From: an uncultured Planctomycetota bacterium | Lineage (GTDB): Bacteria > Planctomycetota > Planctomycetia > Isosphaerales > Isosphaeraceae | Assembly: GCA_963823665.1 (NCBI GenBank) | Contig: CAWGMQ010000008.1 | Span: 1,280,001-1,344,000 of the forward strand | DNA length: 64,000 nt | Direction of reading: 5' to 3' | Shown: in pieces, positions 31,623 through 41,504 of the stretch | How positions within the stretch are numbered: position 1 is the first letter of the stretch | Layout: every line of letters begins with the position of its first letter | Notes under the pieces: model-generated | What the model was told of the DNA's origin: nothing | What the model saw: only the letters and a program-made list of their open reading frames with translations | Databases searched by the model: none | Position numbers and translations under genes: made by a program

Positions 31623-32695
31623 ACCCCGGCGCGGGCCGGGAGCACGAACTGACTTCTGCCGAGCGCACCCCATCCATTCCGGCGGCCGATTGTGGTGGCC
31701 CGCGCGTGGGCGAGACGATGATTCCGCGTTCCCAGGGCGGCTCGTGGGTTGGCATTGTGGCCAACCAGAACTCGGGGATCGGACGTGGGCGACAGCGGGT
31801 TGCGAAGCTGGCAGCCGCGCTCGAGCGAGCAGGCTTGTATGCCCGAGTGGCGTGGACGACGGAGGATCGGGCAAGCCTGGTCCGACGGGCCGAGCACGAC
31901 TCGGATTGCCGATGCCTGGTCGCTGTCGGCGGCGACGGCACGGTTTCGGCGCTCTTGAACGAACGACCGAAAGTTCCGGTGACGGTGTTCCCGGCAGGGA
32001 CCGAGAACCTGGTTGCCCAGCAGTTTGGCCTGCGGCGTGACGCGGCTGCGCTGGCCAGGATCATCGCGGAAGGGCAGCCGCGGCGGGTGGATGTGGGTGC
32101 GGCCGAGGGCCGGCGGTTCTTGCTGATGGTCGGTTTCGGGTTCGACGGCGACGTGGTTTCGCGCCATCATCGCACACGGCTGTCGCGGCTTGGCAGGATC
32201 CGGCCAACCAACCGTCTGGCGTACGTCTGGCCGGTGCTGCAGTCGAGCTTTTCCTACAAGTTTCCGACGATCAACGTCCGGATCGAGAATGACGGTGTTC
32301 CGGAAGTTCTGAGCGGCACGACCGTGTTCATTTTCAACGCGCCCCGATATGCGCTTGGCCTTCCGTTTGTGCCGGGGGCGCGCGACGACGATGGCTGGCT
32401 AGACGTACTCATCTTCCGCGATCCCGGGCCGTTCCAGGCACTCTACTATCTCTGGAGGGTATTCCGTGGAACGCATCTGACCATGCCAAGCGTCTTCCAT
32501 CGCCGGGTCAAATCGGCGTTCGTGACGGCGGAGGAGACGGTGCCGGTGCAGATCGACGGCGATCCGGGGGGCCTGCTGCAGAAGGGTCCTGGAGCCGACG
32601 GATCAGCCGCGGGCTGGACGGTGGAAATTGTGCCGCAGGCGATCGAGGTTTTTGCGCCGGGCGACCGGGGCGAGCATGACAGGGCGGGGTTTTGA
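31619..32695 (+). CDS. diacylglycerol/lipid kinase family protein
   Basis: ANQNSG, VGGDGTV, PAGTENL, GFGFDG, DDGWLD, QIDGDP; start is either GTG 31619 (overlapping the upstream stop) or ATG 31718. Confidence 0.92.
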   Translation: MNPGAGREHELTSAERTPSIPAADCGGPRVGETMIPRSQGGSWVGIVANQNSGIGRGRQRVAKLAAALERAGLYARVAWTTEDRASLVRRAEHDSDCRCLVAVGGDGTVSALLNERPKVPVTVFPAGTENLVAQQFGLRRDAAALARIIAEGQPRRVDVGAAEGRRFLLMVGFGFDGDVVSRHHRTRLSRLGRIRPTNRLAYVWPVLQSSFSYKFPTINVRIENDGVPEVLSGTTVFIFNAPRYALGLPFVPGARDDDGWLDVLIFRDPGPFQALYYLWRVFRGTHLTMPSVFHRRVKSAFVTAEETVPVQIDGDPGGLLQKGPGADGSAAGWTVEIVPQAIEVFAPGDRGEHDRAGF

Positions 32696-32701
32696 CTCCG
32701 G

Positions 32702-33487
32702 TCATTGGCGCAGCCCGACGGCTCGCAGATGTTCGTCCAGCCAGACCGTTGGTTCGGGTGAGAGTGGCACGTCGGGGGGTTTGGAGTAATCGATGATAAA
32801 GCGGAAGCGATTCTCCTCGTAGACGGTTGTCAAAGCCTTTTGAAGATCCATCGCGGCGTCATCGTCGCCTTGTAGCAGCGGTACCTGAATCTCAGGCAGC
32901 GGTTGTTCCAGCGTGATTGGCCAGATCTCTGTCAGCAGTCGAAGCTCGACGCGGCACACGAAGACGAAATACGGAACGGACGGGAGAGTGCCTCGCATCG
33001 GTTCTCGGCGTCCCTTCTGGAGCAAGTCAATCTCGATTAGATGGGCATTGCTCCGCAGGATTCGATCACGCTCGTTGAGATACTCCTTGTATCCGTCTCC
33101 GCGCTTGTTGGTGGGCGAGAGGACCTCGATCACGGTAACGAGCTGGCGGTGTTCCACGTCGCGGATTTCGACTGTCGTGTGAGGTATTGGGGTGCGGACG
33201 ATTGTTGCCATTCGGAGCGGAGGCGAAATCGTACCAGCCGTGCTGTGGGCCGGGACGCCGGGCCCGGAATTGGAACTAGCCACGGCGACATCGGGATATA
33301 CTTCGCCGATGACGACTTCTGACTCTTCGGGAGTGTCCATGACGAATCGGCGTGTGGTCAAGGCGACGTAGCGGGGACTGAGCCGCTGGTTCAACTGTCG
33401 GGCGATCTCCACGACAAGCGGCGTGCGGACGCTCATCCATAATGATCCTTCCAGGTAGGGGTCCATCCCCGGGAACGGTGACGGCAT
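32702..33487 (-). CDS. DUF4058 family protein (PD-(D/E)XK-like)
   Basis: Diagnostic MPSPFPGMDPYLE start; VIEVLSPTNK; HLIEIDLL. Confidence 0.92.
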   Translation of the reverse strand: MPSPFPGMDPYLEGSLWMSVRTPLVVEIARQLNQRLSPRYVALTTRRFVMDTPEESEVVIGEVYPDVAVASSNSGPGVPAHSTAGTISPPLRMATIVRTPIPHTTVEIRDVEHRQLVTVIEVLSPTNKRGDGYKEYLNERDRILRSNAHLIEIDLLQKGRREPMRGTLPSVPYFVFVCRVELRLLTEIWPITLEQPLPEIQVPLLQGDDDAAMDLQKALTTVYEENRFRFIIDYSKPPDVPLSPEPTVWLDEHLRAVGLRQ

Positions 33488-33654
33488 GACGACAGGTCCT
33501 CAATGACTCACACGCGCGGGGAGATTTGGTTCTGGCTGATGAACTATCATAACGTTGGACCTTCGCCGTCCGCAGCGCGATCAGCCACTTGCGGGCGGGG
33601 GGAGTCAGGCTAGAGCCTGACCTACACAATGCAGAATCGCTTTTGCGGGTGCAT

Positions 33655-34893
33655 TCAGTTAGCGAGCCCGTAGTGGCAGATGATCGTGGCTGTGGCCACG
33701 ACGGCCAGGACGAAGGTTGTCACCAGCGCGACCAGGGCTGCCGACAAAGCGATCCCGATTCGGTTCTCGTAGTACCAGCGCGAGACTCGGTGGGAGCGAG
33801 ATAGCGGGTTAACCGAGATCGCGGCGCCGGCGCGCCAGCGCTCAAGATCGGCCGCCAGTGCCGCTGCGGATCGGTATCTGAGGCTCGGCTCCTTCTCCAG
33901 GCACTTCAGGCAGATTGCTTCCAGGTCGTGATCGACCCGAGGGTTGTGCTCTCGGGGCGGGTCCGGATCAAGGAACGGTGGCTGTCCGGTCAAGAGCTTG
34001 TAGAGTACGGCTCCCAGGCCATAGACGTCGACGGCCACGGTCATCTCCCGCCGCCGGCCGGTGACTTGTTCGGGAGCCATGTAAGCGGGCGTCCCCATTG
34101 TCTGGCCGGTCCGGGTCAAGCCGCTCTCGGTCCCGACGCATTTGGCCAGGCCGAAGTCGGTCACGTGAGGTACACCGTGGGGATCCAGCAGGATGTTCGA
34201 GGGTTTCAGGTCGCAATGGAGGATTCCGTGCAGGTGTGCATAGTGAACAGTCCGGGCGACCTTGGCCACCAAACGAGCCGCTGCGCGTGGGTTCCTGAAG
34301 AGGCGCGGCAGGTGGCGCTCGAGGTCGCCGCAGGGAACCAGCTTGAAGACGAGATAAGGGCATCCGCCCCGCTCGCCGATTTCATAGAGCGGGACGATAT
34401 TGGGATGGTCAAGAGCAGCGACCAGCTTCGCTTCCATGCGGAGCCGGCTAACCAAGTCGTCGGAGGGGTGCACGACGCCGGGCTCGAGCGTCTTCAAGGC
34501 GACGACGCGCTCGAGCGTTTTGTGTCTGGCCTTGTAGACGATTCCCATCCCGCCGCTGGCGATCTCATTCAAGAGCTCGAATTCACCGAAGGCACGCGGT
34601 GCCAAGCGTTCGGCCACGAGGTTGCGGCACGGCTTGAGTGACATGGCGCGCGATTGCGTGCCAACTGGCCGACTCCACAGCTCCGCCCGGCGTTTGAGAC
34701 TGTCTTCGCTGGCGAAAAACGAAAGCAGGCCGTCGGTCAAGTCCCAGTAGCGCTCGAGAAACTCGCGGCGGTCGGGCGCCCGACCGGCGTGGGCGGCCTG
34801 GAGATACTCGGCGATGACCGCGTTCAAGCGGCGCTCGCGGGGGCAGGAACCTGAACCTTCCCTGGAAACGGGCCGAGCGGCGAGTGCACACAT
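33655..34893 (-). CDS. Hanks-type Ser/Thr protein kinase with C-terminal TM helix
   Basis: IASGGMGIVY, VALK, HCDLKPSN, DFGLAK, GTPAYMAPE, DVYGLG. Confidence 0.92.
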   Translation of the reverse strand: MCALAARPVSREGSGSCPRERRLNAVIAEYLQAAHAGRAPDRREFLERYWDLTDGLLSFFASEDSLKRRAELWSRPVGTQSRAMSLKPCRNLVAERLAPRAFGEFELLNEIASGGMGIVYKARHKTLERVVALKTLEPGVVHPSDDLVSRLRMEAKLVAALDHPNIVPLYEIGERGGCPYLVFKLVPCGDLERHLPRLFRNPRAAARLVAKVARTVHYAHLHGILHCDLKPSNILLDPHGVPHVTDFGLAKCVGTESGLTRTGQTMGTPAYMAPEQVTGRRREMTVAVDVYGLGAVLYKLLTGQPPFLDPDPPREHNPRVDHDLEAICLKCLEKEPSLRYRSAAALAADLERWRAGAAISVNPLSRSHRVSRWYYENRIGIALSAALVALVTTFVLAVVATATIICHYGLAN

Positions 34894-34916
34894 GTCATGC
34901 TCCAGTGACGATGCTT

Positions 34917-35483
34917 TCAGCCATTGGATTTGAGCTCCGCGCGGAGGCTTTTCAAGCCGCGCTTCAGGAGCCCGGCTACTGCGTCGGTGGTGCGATCGAG
35001 ATGCGCGGCGATCTCGGCCAACGAACAATCTTGCCAGTAGTGCAAGACCAAGGCCTGGCGCTGCGAATCCGGAAGCCGGGCCAAGGCGTTGGCGACGAGG
35101 ACGGCCTGCTCGTGCCGCGCGGCTTGCTGGCTGGGAGTTGACTGCTCGGCGGCCAGCCATGCTCCCAGGCGGGCCGACGAAGCCTCGAAATCGGCTTCGA
35201 GGGATCGCTCACGGGTGATGTCGCGTTTCTGCCGGCCCTGGGCCCGGATCGCGTCGGCGACGTTGCGGGCCAGGATCGCCCGCAGCCACGCGCCGCGCGC
35301 TGCATCGCCCGTGCCTCGAAACTGGTCGCGCTGGCGATAGGCTTCCAGCAGTGTCTGCTGGACGAGATCCGATGGATCGAGCCAGCCCTTCCACCGCGGA
35401 CCCAGTTGCATGCGCGTGAGCAGCCGCAGGTAATCGCGGAACTCTTCCAGACGCGGGGCATCGGGGAATTCATGCGTTGTCAT
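34917..35483 (-). CDS. ECF sigma-70 factor (planctomycete kinase-linked type)
   Basis: DYLRLL, LDPSDLVQQTLL, AWLRAIL, STPSQQA, LPDSQR..SLAEIA..AVAGLLKRG. Confidence 0.93.
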   Translation of the reverse strand: MTTHEFPDAPRLEEFRDYLRLLTRMQLGPRWKGWLDPSDLVQQTLLEAYRQRDQFRGTGDAARGAWLRAILARNVADAIRAQGRQKRDITRERSLEADFEASSARLGAWLAAEQSTPSQQAARHEQAVLVANALARLPDSQRQALVLHYWQDCSLAEIAAHLDRTTDAVAGLLKRGLKSLRAELKSNG

Positions 35484-35606
35484 CGGGACTCTTGAGCGAT
35501 CATAATGCTGCGGAGTCAGCGCGGACCACATACCCTTCAGGACTTGCTCGGTCGATTATCACTTCGGCCCGGTTCTGGCTCAAGACCCTGACAGACGAGA
35601 CAAAGA

Positions 35607-36455
35607 ATGCCTCCTCCCAATCCAGTGAAAATCGGGCGTCTCGAGGTTGGGCGCGAACGGCCGCTGGCGCTGATTGCGGGGCCGTGCGTCATGGAACCGG
35701 GCGACATGACCATGCGCATCGCGGATCGGCTGGTTGAAATCTGCGAGGATCTTTCGGTGCCGCTGGTTTTCAAGGCATCGTTCGACAAGGCCAACCGCAC
35801 GTCGCGAACGAGCTTTCGCGGGCCCGGGCTCGAGCAGGGGATGAGAATCTTCGAAGATGTCAAGGCCGAGACGGGGTTGCCGGTTACCACCGACCTCCAC
35901 GAAACGGGCCAGGCCCAGGCGATCGGGCAGGTCGTGGATCTGATTCAAATTCCCGCTTTTCTCGCCCGCCAGACCGACCTGCTGGAAGCCGCGGCGGCGA
36001 CAGGTCGACCCGTCAATGTCAAGAAGGGCCAGTTCATGGCTCCATGGGACATGAGCAACGTCGTCAACAAGCTGATGGAATCGGGAGCCGCAGGCGTGCT
36101 GCTCACCGAGCGCGGCACCACATTCGGCTACGGGCGGCTGGTCAACGACTTTCGCGCCATTCCACAAATGCAGGCCACCGGTGCGCCGGTCGTATTCGAT
36201 GCAACCCACTCGGTGCAGCTTCCCAGCGCCGGAGAAGGCGGGACCGTCTCGTCCGGCCAACGCGAGATGATTCCCACCCTGGCCCGTGCCGCGGTTGCCG
36301 CCGGCTGCGACGCCCTGTTCCTCGAAGTGCACCCGGACCCGGACCACGCGCTGTCGGACGGACCTAACTCCCTTCATATCAATGATTTGCAAGACTTGCT
36401 ACGCCTTTGCCTGCGCATTCGCGAAGCGATTTCGGCTCCTCTGGAGGCGGACTGA
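35607..36455 (+). CDS. kdsA: 3-deoxy-8-phosphooctulonate (KDO8P) synthase
   Basis: [56 protein letters not shown]. Confidence 0.97.
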   Translation: MPPPNPVKIGRLEVGRERPLALIAGPCVMEPGDMTMRIADRLVEICEDLSVPLVFKASFDKANRTSRTSFRGPGLEQGMRIFEDVKAETGLPVTTDLHETGQAQAIGQVVDLIQIPAFLARQTDLLEAAAATGRPVNVKKGQFMAPWDMSNVVNKLMESGAAGVLLTERGTTFGYGRLVNDFRAIPQMQATGAPVVFDATHSVQLPSAGEGGTVSSGQREMIPTLARAAVAAGCDALFLEVHPDPDHALSDGPNSLHINDLQDLLRLCLRIREAISAPLEAD

Positions 36456-36744
36456 TCGTGGATGACCTGGCCGAGGACCGGATGGGTCGCCGGGCACAGC
36501 CGGCTCGTCGATACGAACTTTGCGGGTTGCCTGAGCGTATGAAAAGTGAGCCTGGCTGGCAAACGGTCTCGCCGTGCGCGAATTCATGCCTCACAATAGA
36601 CGAGAGAACATCCGCCTCCGACGCGAGTGCTCCCTTCGTGGAAGGGGTATCGGCCGGTCTTTCATTTCCGGCTCCGTTCGATGATCGCCAGGACCGTGCC
36701 GCAGTGCCCGATGGGCTCTGGGTTCACCACAGGAGAATAGCCGC

Positions 36745-38574
36745 TTGAGCCGTCGCACAATACACTGGGCAGGGTTTGGGGCCGCGATCTGTCTGGTGGC
36801 AACCACGATTCGCTGCAACTACTCGAAGCCCGAATCGGATGAGCCTATCGAGAGTATGCCGCCCGTGAGCTCTCTTCCGGCGCCACCGGGCGCGGCGAGC
36901 GCGAAAGCCGAGGCCGGGAACGTTGGGCGAAGACGTGATGATGAAACACGCAAGGCGCTGCTCGACAGTGCGATGACGTTGATTCAGCGTGCCGCGCTGC
37001 AGCCCGGCGGGGACAACTTCCGGCTGGCCGTTCAGAAGTTGAACCAGTACTTCGAGGGAACGAGGCAATCTGAGTACGCGCTTGAATCAGCGGCTCGCGA
37101 GTATTTGAAGACTCAGCTTCCGGCGGCAGTCGTTGAGAGTTTCAGCAATCGGAACTGGTCGGATAAGCACGATACGCGGCACATCGAAGACTGCATGATG
37201 TATTACCCGATCGCGAAGCGGGTTGCGGGCACGGGTGAGAATCTGGCCCGGGTGCGCCGGGTCTTTCAGTGGGTCGTTGAGCAGATTCAGCTTGTCCCGC
37301 CGGGTTCGCTGGCATTCGAGGGGCTACCCCAGGCGGTTGCGCGTCCGTACGACGTGCTGGTGCGCGGGATGGCGACGGAAGCCCAGGGAGTTTGGGCCGA
37401 GCGTTCCTGGCTGTTCATGGCGCTTTGCCGCCAGCTCGAGATCGACGCGGGCCTGATCACCTACAGTCACAGCCGATCGCTCGAGCCGCGGTTTCCGAGA
37501 TATGGGCTGGAATTCGAGCTGGAACCCGGGTTGCGTGGAATGCGGTTCGGGCCGAAGCCGCCGGTGGTCTGGATCTGCGCGGCGATCATCGACAACAAGG
37601 CGTATCTGTTCGACGCCCGGCTGGGACTCGAGATCCCGGGGCCCGACGGCACAGGGGTGGCGACACTCGACGACGCGCTCGCCGACGAGTCGGTTCTGGA
37701 ACGGATGAATTTGCCCGGGCAATCACCGTACGGAACGAGCCGCGCATCGCTGCTGGGCAGCCCGACCAAAATCGGGATCCTGATCGACTCGAGCCCGGGG
37801 TATTTTTCACCGAAGATGAAGCTGCTGCAGCGCGAGCTCACGGGCGAGCACCGGACGATTCTGTTTCGCGATCCGGCCGATGAGCGCGAGCAGTTCGCCC
37901 AGGCGATCGGCGAGCGATGTGGAGAAATCAAGCTGTGGAGCCTGCCAATCGAGGTGTACGGCCTCTTGTTCAGCGACGGGCAATTCGTGAGATCCGTCCA
38001 GAAATCAATGTATTTATTTACGCGCGAGTATCCACTGATTTATGCGAGGGTGAAGCACTTGCGCGGCGAGCTGGACGAAGCCGTCAAGGAGTATGTGGCG
38101 CTGCGATTCGCCGAGAACGCGCCGCTGCTGACGGACAAGAACAAGACGATCTCGGCGGATATTCAGGAGGGGCTGGACGCCTACGCCACGTATTACATGG
38201 CGCTTGCGCAACTGGAGAAGGCGCGGCTGGCGAACAAGCCGCCGGAGCGTGCGGCGAAGTTATTTCGAGACACGCTCGATCTGGTGCCGGAGCCTGGAAT
38301 CACGTACTACTTTCCGATGCTGCGCTGGGGGGCCAACGCGAACCTCGGGCGGATTTATGACGCGAGCAAGGACAACGCCCGCGCGATTGCGTATTACGCC
38401 CAGGTCGACCCGACGAGTCAGGGCCACGGCAATCTGCTTCGTGCTCGCGAAATGATCTGGCGCGATCCGATCGCCGGTAAGACGGTCGTGCTTCCGGCTG
38501 CTCCGGCGGCGAGGCCGATCGCACCCTCGCCGGCGACGCCCCCCCGAAACCTGGGACTCCGCGGCGACAATTGA
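36745..38574 (+). CDS. exported hypothetical protein with transglutaminase-like core and C-terminal TPR-like helices
   Basis: RVFQWV, PYDVLVRG, ERSWLFMALCRQL, YLFDARLG. Confidence 0.7.
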   Translation: MSRRTIHWAGFGAAICLVATTIRCNYSKPESDEPIESMPPVSSLPAPPGAASAKAEAGNVGRRRDDETRKALLDSAMTLIQRAALQPGGDNFRLAVQKLNQYFEGTRQSEYALESAAREYLKTQLPAAVVESFSNRNWSDKHDTRHIEDCMMYYPIAKRVAGTGENLARVRRVFQWVVEQIQLVPPGSLAFEGLPQAVARPYDVLVRGMATEAQGVWAERSWLFMALCRQLEIDAGLITYSHSRSLEPRFPRYGLEFELEPGLRGMRFGPKPPVVWICAAIIDNKAYLFDARLGLEIPGPDGTGVATLDDALADESVLERMNLPGQSPYGTSRASLLGSPTKIGILIDSSPGYFSPKMKLLQRELTGEHRTILFRDPADEREQFAQAIGERCGEIKLWSLPIEVYGLLFSDGQFVRSVQKSMYLFTREYPLIYARVKHLRGELDEAVKEYVALRFAENAPLLTDKNKTISADIQEGLDAYATYYMALAQLEKARLANKPPERAAKLFRDTLDLVPEPGITYYFPMLRWGANANLGRIYDASKDNARAIAYYAQVDPTSQGHGNLLRAREMIWRDPIAGKTVVLPAAPAARPIAPSPATPPRNLGLRGDN

Positions 38575-38612
38575 TGCAGTCTTCCGCTTGAGAAGCCCTG
38601 GATGGAGCCGGC

Positions 38613-39770
38613 ATGCGGATCTTGCTCGCCAATTCGTTTCCGATCCCCGGTGAGTACGACGGCACGGCGATGCTGCCGATCAAGATCCTGCGGGCGCTCA
38701 AGCCGCGGGGCGTGGAGGTGGTGGTGGCGCATCTGCGTGCTCGGCCGCCGTGGGGACTCAAGGTTCAGCGCGGGGAGTTTGAAGAGACGCCGGTTTACAC
38801 CGTGCCGCCCTGCGGGTGGCTGGGCGGCTGGGGGCTCAAGACAATCGCCCGCGAGCATCCGTTCGAGCTGGTGCACGCCCAGCATTACGGCGGAGCCACC
38901 CGGGCGTCGTTTGCGTGCCTGCGGTATCGATGGCCGATGGTCTACGAGATTCACTCGCTGCTGGGCGACGAGCTGGAGCGAGACCGGCTGGGGCGCGGAT
39001 TGACGTTCCGGGCCTATCAGGCGCTCGAGCGAAGGGTGCTTCGGCACGCAGCCGAGGTGATCGCGCTGGGGGAGCCAGTCAAAGACGTGGTCGTGAATGA
39101 AAAAGGCGTGCCGGAAGATCGAGTGCACGTGATTTACCCGGGGATTGACCTGGCCGAGTATGAGGACCCGGGTGAGGCGGCCGAGATTCCGGGCGTCACT
39201 GCGGCGGACAAGGTGATCATGTACGTCGGCAGCATCGTGCATCCGAACCAGGGGGTGCCGCTCTTGATCGACGCGCTGCCGCGGGTTTTCGCGGCGGTGC
39301 CCGAGTCGCGCTGTGTGCTGGTTGGCGGACCTGCGGAAGCTGCGGCCGAGTACCGCGCCCGGCTGGGCTCGGACGCATCGAAGCTTGTTGTCCTGGCTGG
39401 TCAAACGCCGTCGCAGGTGGTTGCACTCACGCGGCGTGCGGACGTGCTGGTGCATTCCCGGCTGGCGTGCCGGGAGAACTATTCGGTGCAGAGCAAGCTG
39501 GCCGTTTACCTGGCCGCGGGGCGGCCGATCGTGGCGACGGATTTCGGCGATTACAAGAAGCTGTTGGGGGCGACGGGGGCAGGGCTTCTGGCGGCGGTGG
39601 CGCCCGAGCCTTTGGCGGATGCGATCGTCACGGTGCTGGGCGACCCGGCGCTGGCCGCACGCCTGGCTGCGGCGACCGGTGCGGTGGCTCGCGAGTATTT
39701 CGCGATGGACCGGAACATCGACCGATACCTTGATGTTTACTATCGGGCGCTGGTGGCGGGGCCGAGGTAG
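38613..39770 (+). CDS. glycosyltransferase family 4
   Basis: LVHAQH, VIYPGID, YVGSI, KLAVYLAAGRPIVATDFG. Confidence 0.92.
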   Translation: MRILLANSFPIPGEYDGTAMLPIKILRALKPRGVEVVVAHLRARPPWGLKVQRGEFEETPVYTVPPCGWLGGWGLKTIAREHPFELVHAQHYGGATRASFACLRYRWPMVYEIHSLLGDELERDRLGRGLTFRAYQALERRVLRHAAEVIALGEPVKDVVVNEKGVPEDRVHVIYPGIDLAEYEDPGEAAEIPGVTAADKVIMYVGSIVHPNQGVPLLIDALPRVFAAVPESRCVLVGGPAEAAAEYRARLGSDASKLVVLAGQTPSQVVALTRRADVLVHSRLACRENYSVQSKLAVYLAAGRPIVATDFGDYKKLLGATGAGLLAAVAPEPLADAIVTVLGDPALAARLAAATGAVAREYFAMDRNIDRYLDVYYRALVAGPR

Positions 39771-39784
39771 GTAGGGCCTCGACG

Positions 39785-39813
39785 TTGACAGCAAGGATGC
39801 GTGGCTTTAGTGT
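39785..39813 (+). promoter_or_regulatory. sigma70-type promoter of tRNA-Thr
   Basis: TTGACA, 17-bp spacer, TAGTGT, ending 33 bp upstream of the tRNA. Confidence 0.7.
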
Positions 39814-39846
39814 AAATGCGGCGGATCCGGAGCACGCGCGCAGTGT

Positions 39847-39919
39847 GCCACCTTAGCTCAGTTGGTAGAGCACAGCTTTCGTAAAGCTGGGGTCCTGGGT
39901 TCGAGTCCCAGAGGTGGCT
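39847..39919 (+). tRNA. tRNA-Thr(CGT), CCA not encoded
   Basis: Acceptor stem GCCACCT/AGGTGGC; D arm GCTC..GAGC; anticodon arm CAGCT-TTCGTAA-AGCTG; T arm CTGGG-TTCGAGT-CCCAG. Confidence 0.97.
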
Positions 39920-39970
39920 TCTGTCTTCCTTGAGGAGAGCACCTTGATCAGTGGCCGATTCTTGCAGTCG

Positions 39971-41410
39971 ATGTTGGCAACCTGGTCGCGGGGGGTTCGG
40001 CGTGGAGTGACGACGGGGGCCCAGCGGCGCCGGCGTCGGCCCGGCGTCGAGCGGATGGAGTGGCGGGCGCTGCTCTCGACCATCACCCAGATCCCCGTCC
40101 CGACCCCCGATGCCCAACCCGAATCGATTGTGGTCGGTCCCGACGGCAATCTCTGGTTCACCGAAACTTCAAGCCCGTCGGCCGACAGCCCGTATGGCGA
40201 CAAGATCGGCATGATCAACCCCACGACCCACGCCGTCACGGAATTCACCGTGCCGACGCAGGGCGGCGAACCTTTCGGGATCACGGCGGGGCCCGATGGC
40301 AACATCTGGTTCACCGAGGAACGGGGCGACAAGATCGGCATGATCAACCCCGCGACCGATGCCATCTCGGAATTCGCCGTGCCGACGCCCAACGCACTGC
40401 CCGCCCGGATCGCGGTCGGCCCGGACGGCAACCTCTGGTTCACCGAGATGGGGGCGAAACAGATCGGGATGATCAACCCCGCGACTGACGCCATCAGCGA
40501 GTTCTCCGTCCCGTTCGAGCCGTTCGCGATCACAGCCGGCCCCGACGGCAACCTCTGGTTCACCGACGCCGGCTACGTGCAAACGGTCGGTCCCGACGGC
40601 ATGCTCATGATGACCCCTGACCAGGGCAATCTGATCGGGATGTTCAACCCCACGACCCACGCCGTCTCGGAGTTCGCCGTACCGACGCTGGACCCCCTGT
40701 TCGGGGCGATCACGACGGGCCCCGACGGCAACCTCTGGTTCACCGAGGCGGATGGGAACAAGATCGGCTCGATCAACCCCACGACCTATGACATCGTCGA
40801 AACGGAGCTGCCGACGCCAAACTCCGTGCCCATCGACATCACGACGGGCCCCGACGGCAACCTCTGGTTCACCGAGCAGGGCATCGGCCAGATCGGGACG
40901 ATCAACCCCGTGACGCGGAGCATCACCGAGACCGACATCCCTGGTTTCATCGTCCGCGGGATCACGACGGGCCCTGACGGGAATCTCTGGTTCACCGAGG
41001 CGTCCGCCGACGAGATCGGCGTCCTGACGCCGCCGCCCAGCCTTCCCTCGCTCGTCACCGAGAAGGCGATCGTCGCCGGCAAGGGGCCAAACCGGCACAT
41101 CGTCGGCTTCGAACTCGACTACAGCGGGGCGGTGGACCCGACCCAGGGAGTAAGCGCCGCCAGCTACACGGTGACGCAATTCCGGCGTCATGGACGACAG
41201 CTCGTCGCCCAGCCGGTTCGCTTCCGGGCGACGTATGACGCCACGGCCCACAGCGTGACGCTGACCCTGTCCGGACGGCCGAAGTTCGCGCAGGGTGGCC
41301 GGCTGGAAGTGACGGCCGGTCCGCCGGGAGCGACCACCGACGCCACGAGCGCGACGAGCGACGACCGGACCTTCGCCATCACGCCGAGATGGTCCGTCGT
41401 CGTACGATAA
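39971..41410 (+). CDS. extracellular Vgb-like (virginiamycin B lyase fold) 7-bladed beta-propeller protein
   Basis: RRRRRPGVERMEWRALLS signal; seven GPDGN(L/I)WFT(E/D) repeats; C-terminal ATYDATAHSVTL domain. Confidence 0.9.
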   Translation: MLATWSRGVRRGVTTGAQRRRRRPGVERMEWRALLSTITQIPVPTPDAQPESIVVGPDGNLWFTETSSPSADSPYGDKIGMINPTTHAVTEFTVPTQGGEPFGITAGPDGNIWFTEERGDKIGMINPATDAISEFAVPTPNALPARIAVGPDGNLWFTEMGAKQIGMINPATDAISEFSVPFEPFAITAGPDGNLWFTDAGYVQTVGPDGMLMMTPDQGNLIGMFNPTTHAVSEFAVPTLDPLFGAITTGPDGNLWFTEADGNKIGSINPTTYDIVETELPTPNSVPIDITTGPDGNLWFTEQGIGQIGTINPVTRSITETDIPGFIVRGITTGPDGNLWFTEASADEIGVLTPPPSLPSLVTEKAIVAGKGPNRHIVGFELDYSGAVDPTQGVSAASYTVTQFRRHGRQLVAQPVRFRATYDATAHSVTLTLSGRPKFAQGGRLEVTAGPPGATTDATSATSDDRTFAITPRWSVVVR

Positions 41411-41433
41411 ACCTAAGACATTGGCGCACAACA

Positions 41434-41497
41434 GCGGAAAATGCTCGGACAGCTTTCGTAAAGCTGGGGTCCTGGGTTCGAGTCTCAGAGGTGGCTT
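41434..41497 (+). repeat. att-like site: GCGGAAAATGCT plus 3' part of tRNA-Thr
   Basis: 48/49 match to the tRNA 3' region by manual alignment. Confidence 0.92.
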
Positions 41498-41504
41498 GAT
41501 CTGG

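Larger units (their letters stand above)
39872..41497 (+). mobile_element. small tRNA-integrated island 1 (49-bp direct repeats, no integrase)
   Basis: 39872-39920 is repeated at 41449-41497 with 1 mismatch; encloses a single gene. Confidence 0.8.

Noticed and set aside
40130..41000. Regularly spaced GGCAACCTCTGGTTCACCGA repeats resembling a CRISPR array
   Set aside because: In-frame coding repeats (GPDGNLWFTE) with similar intervening sequence; no cas genes
39971..41410. Virginiamycin B lyase antibiotic-resistance gene
   Set aside because: Only the propeller repeat is shared; the extracellular signal and C-terminal domain point to a surface protein
41449..41497. Second tRNA gene
   Set aside because: No 5' acceptor strand or D arm; att-type fragment only
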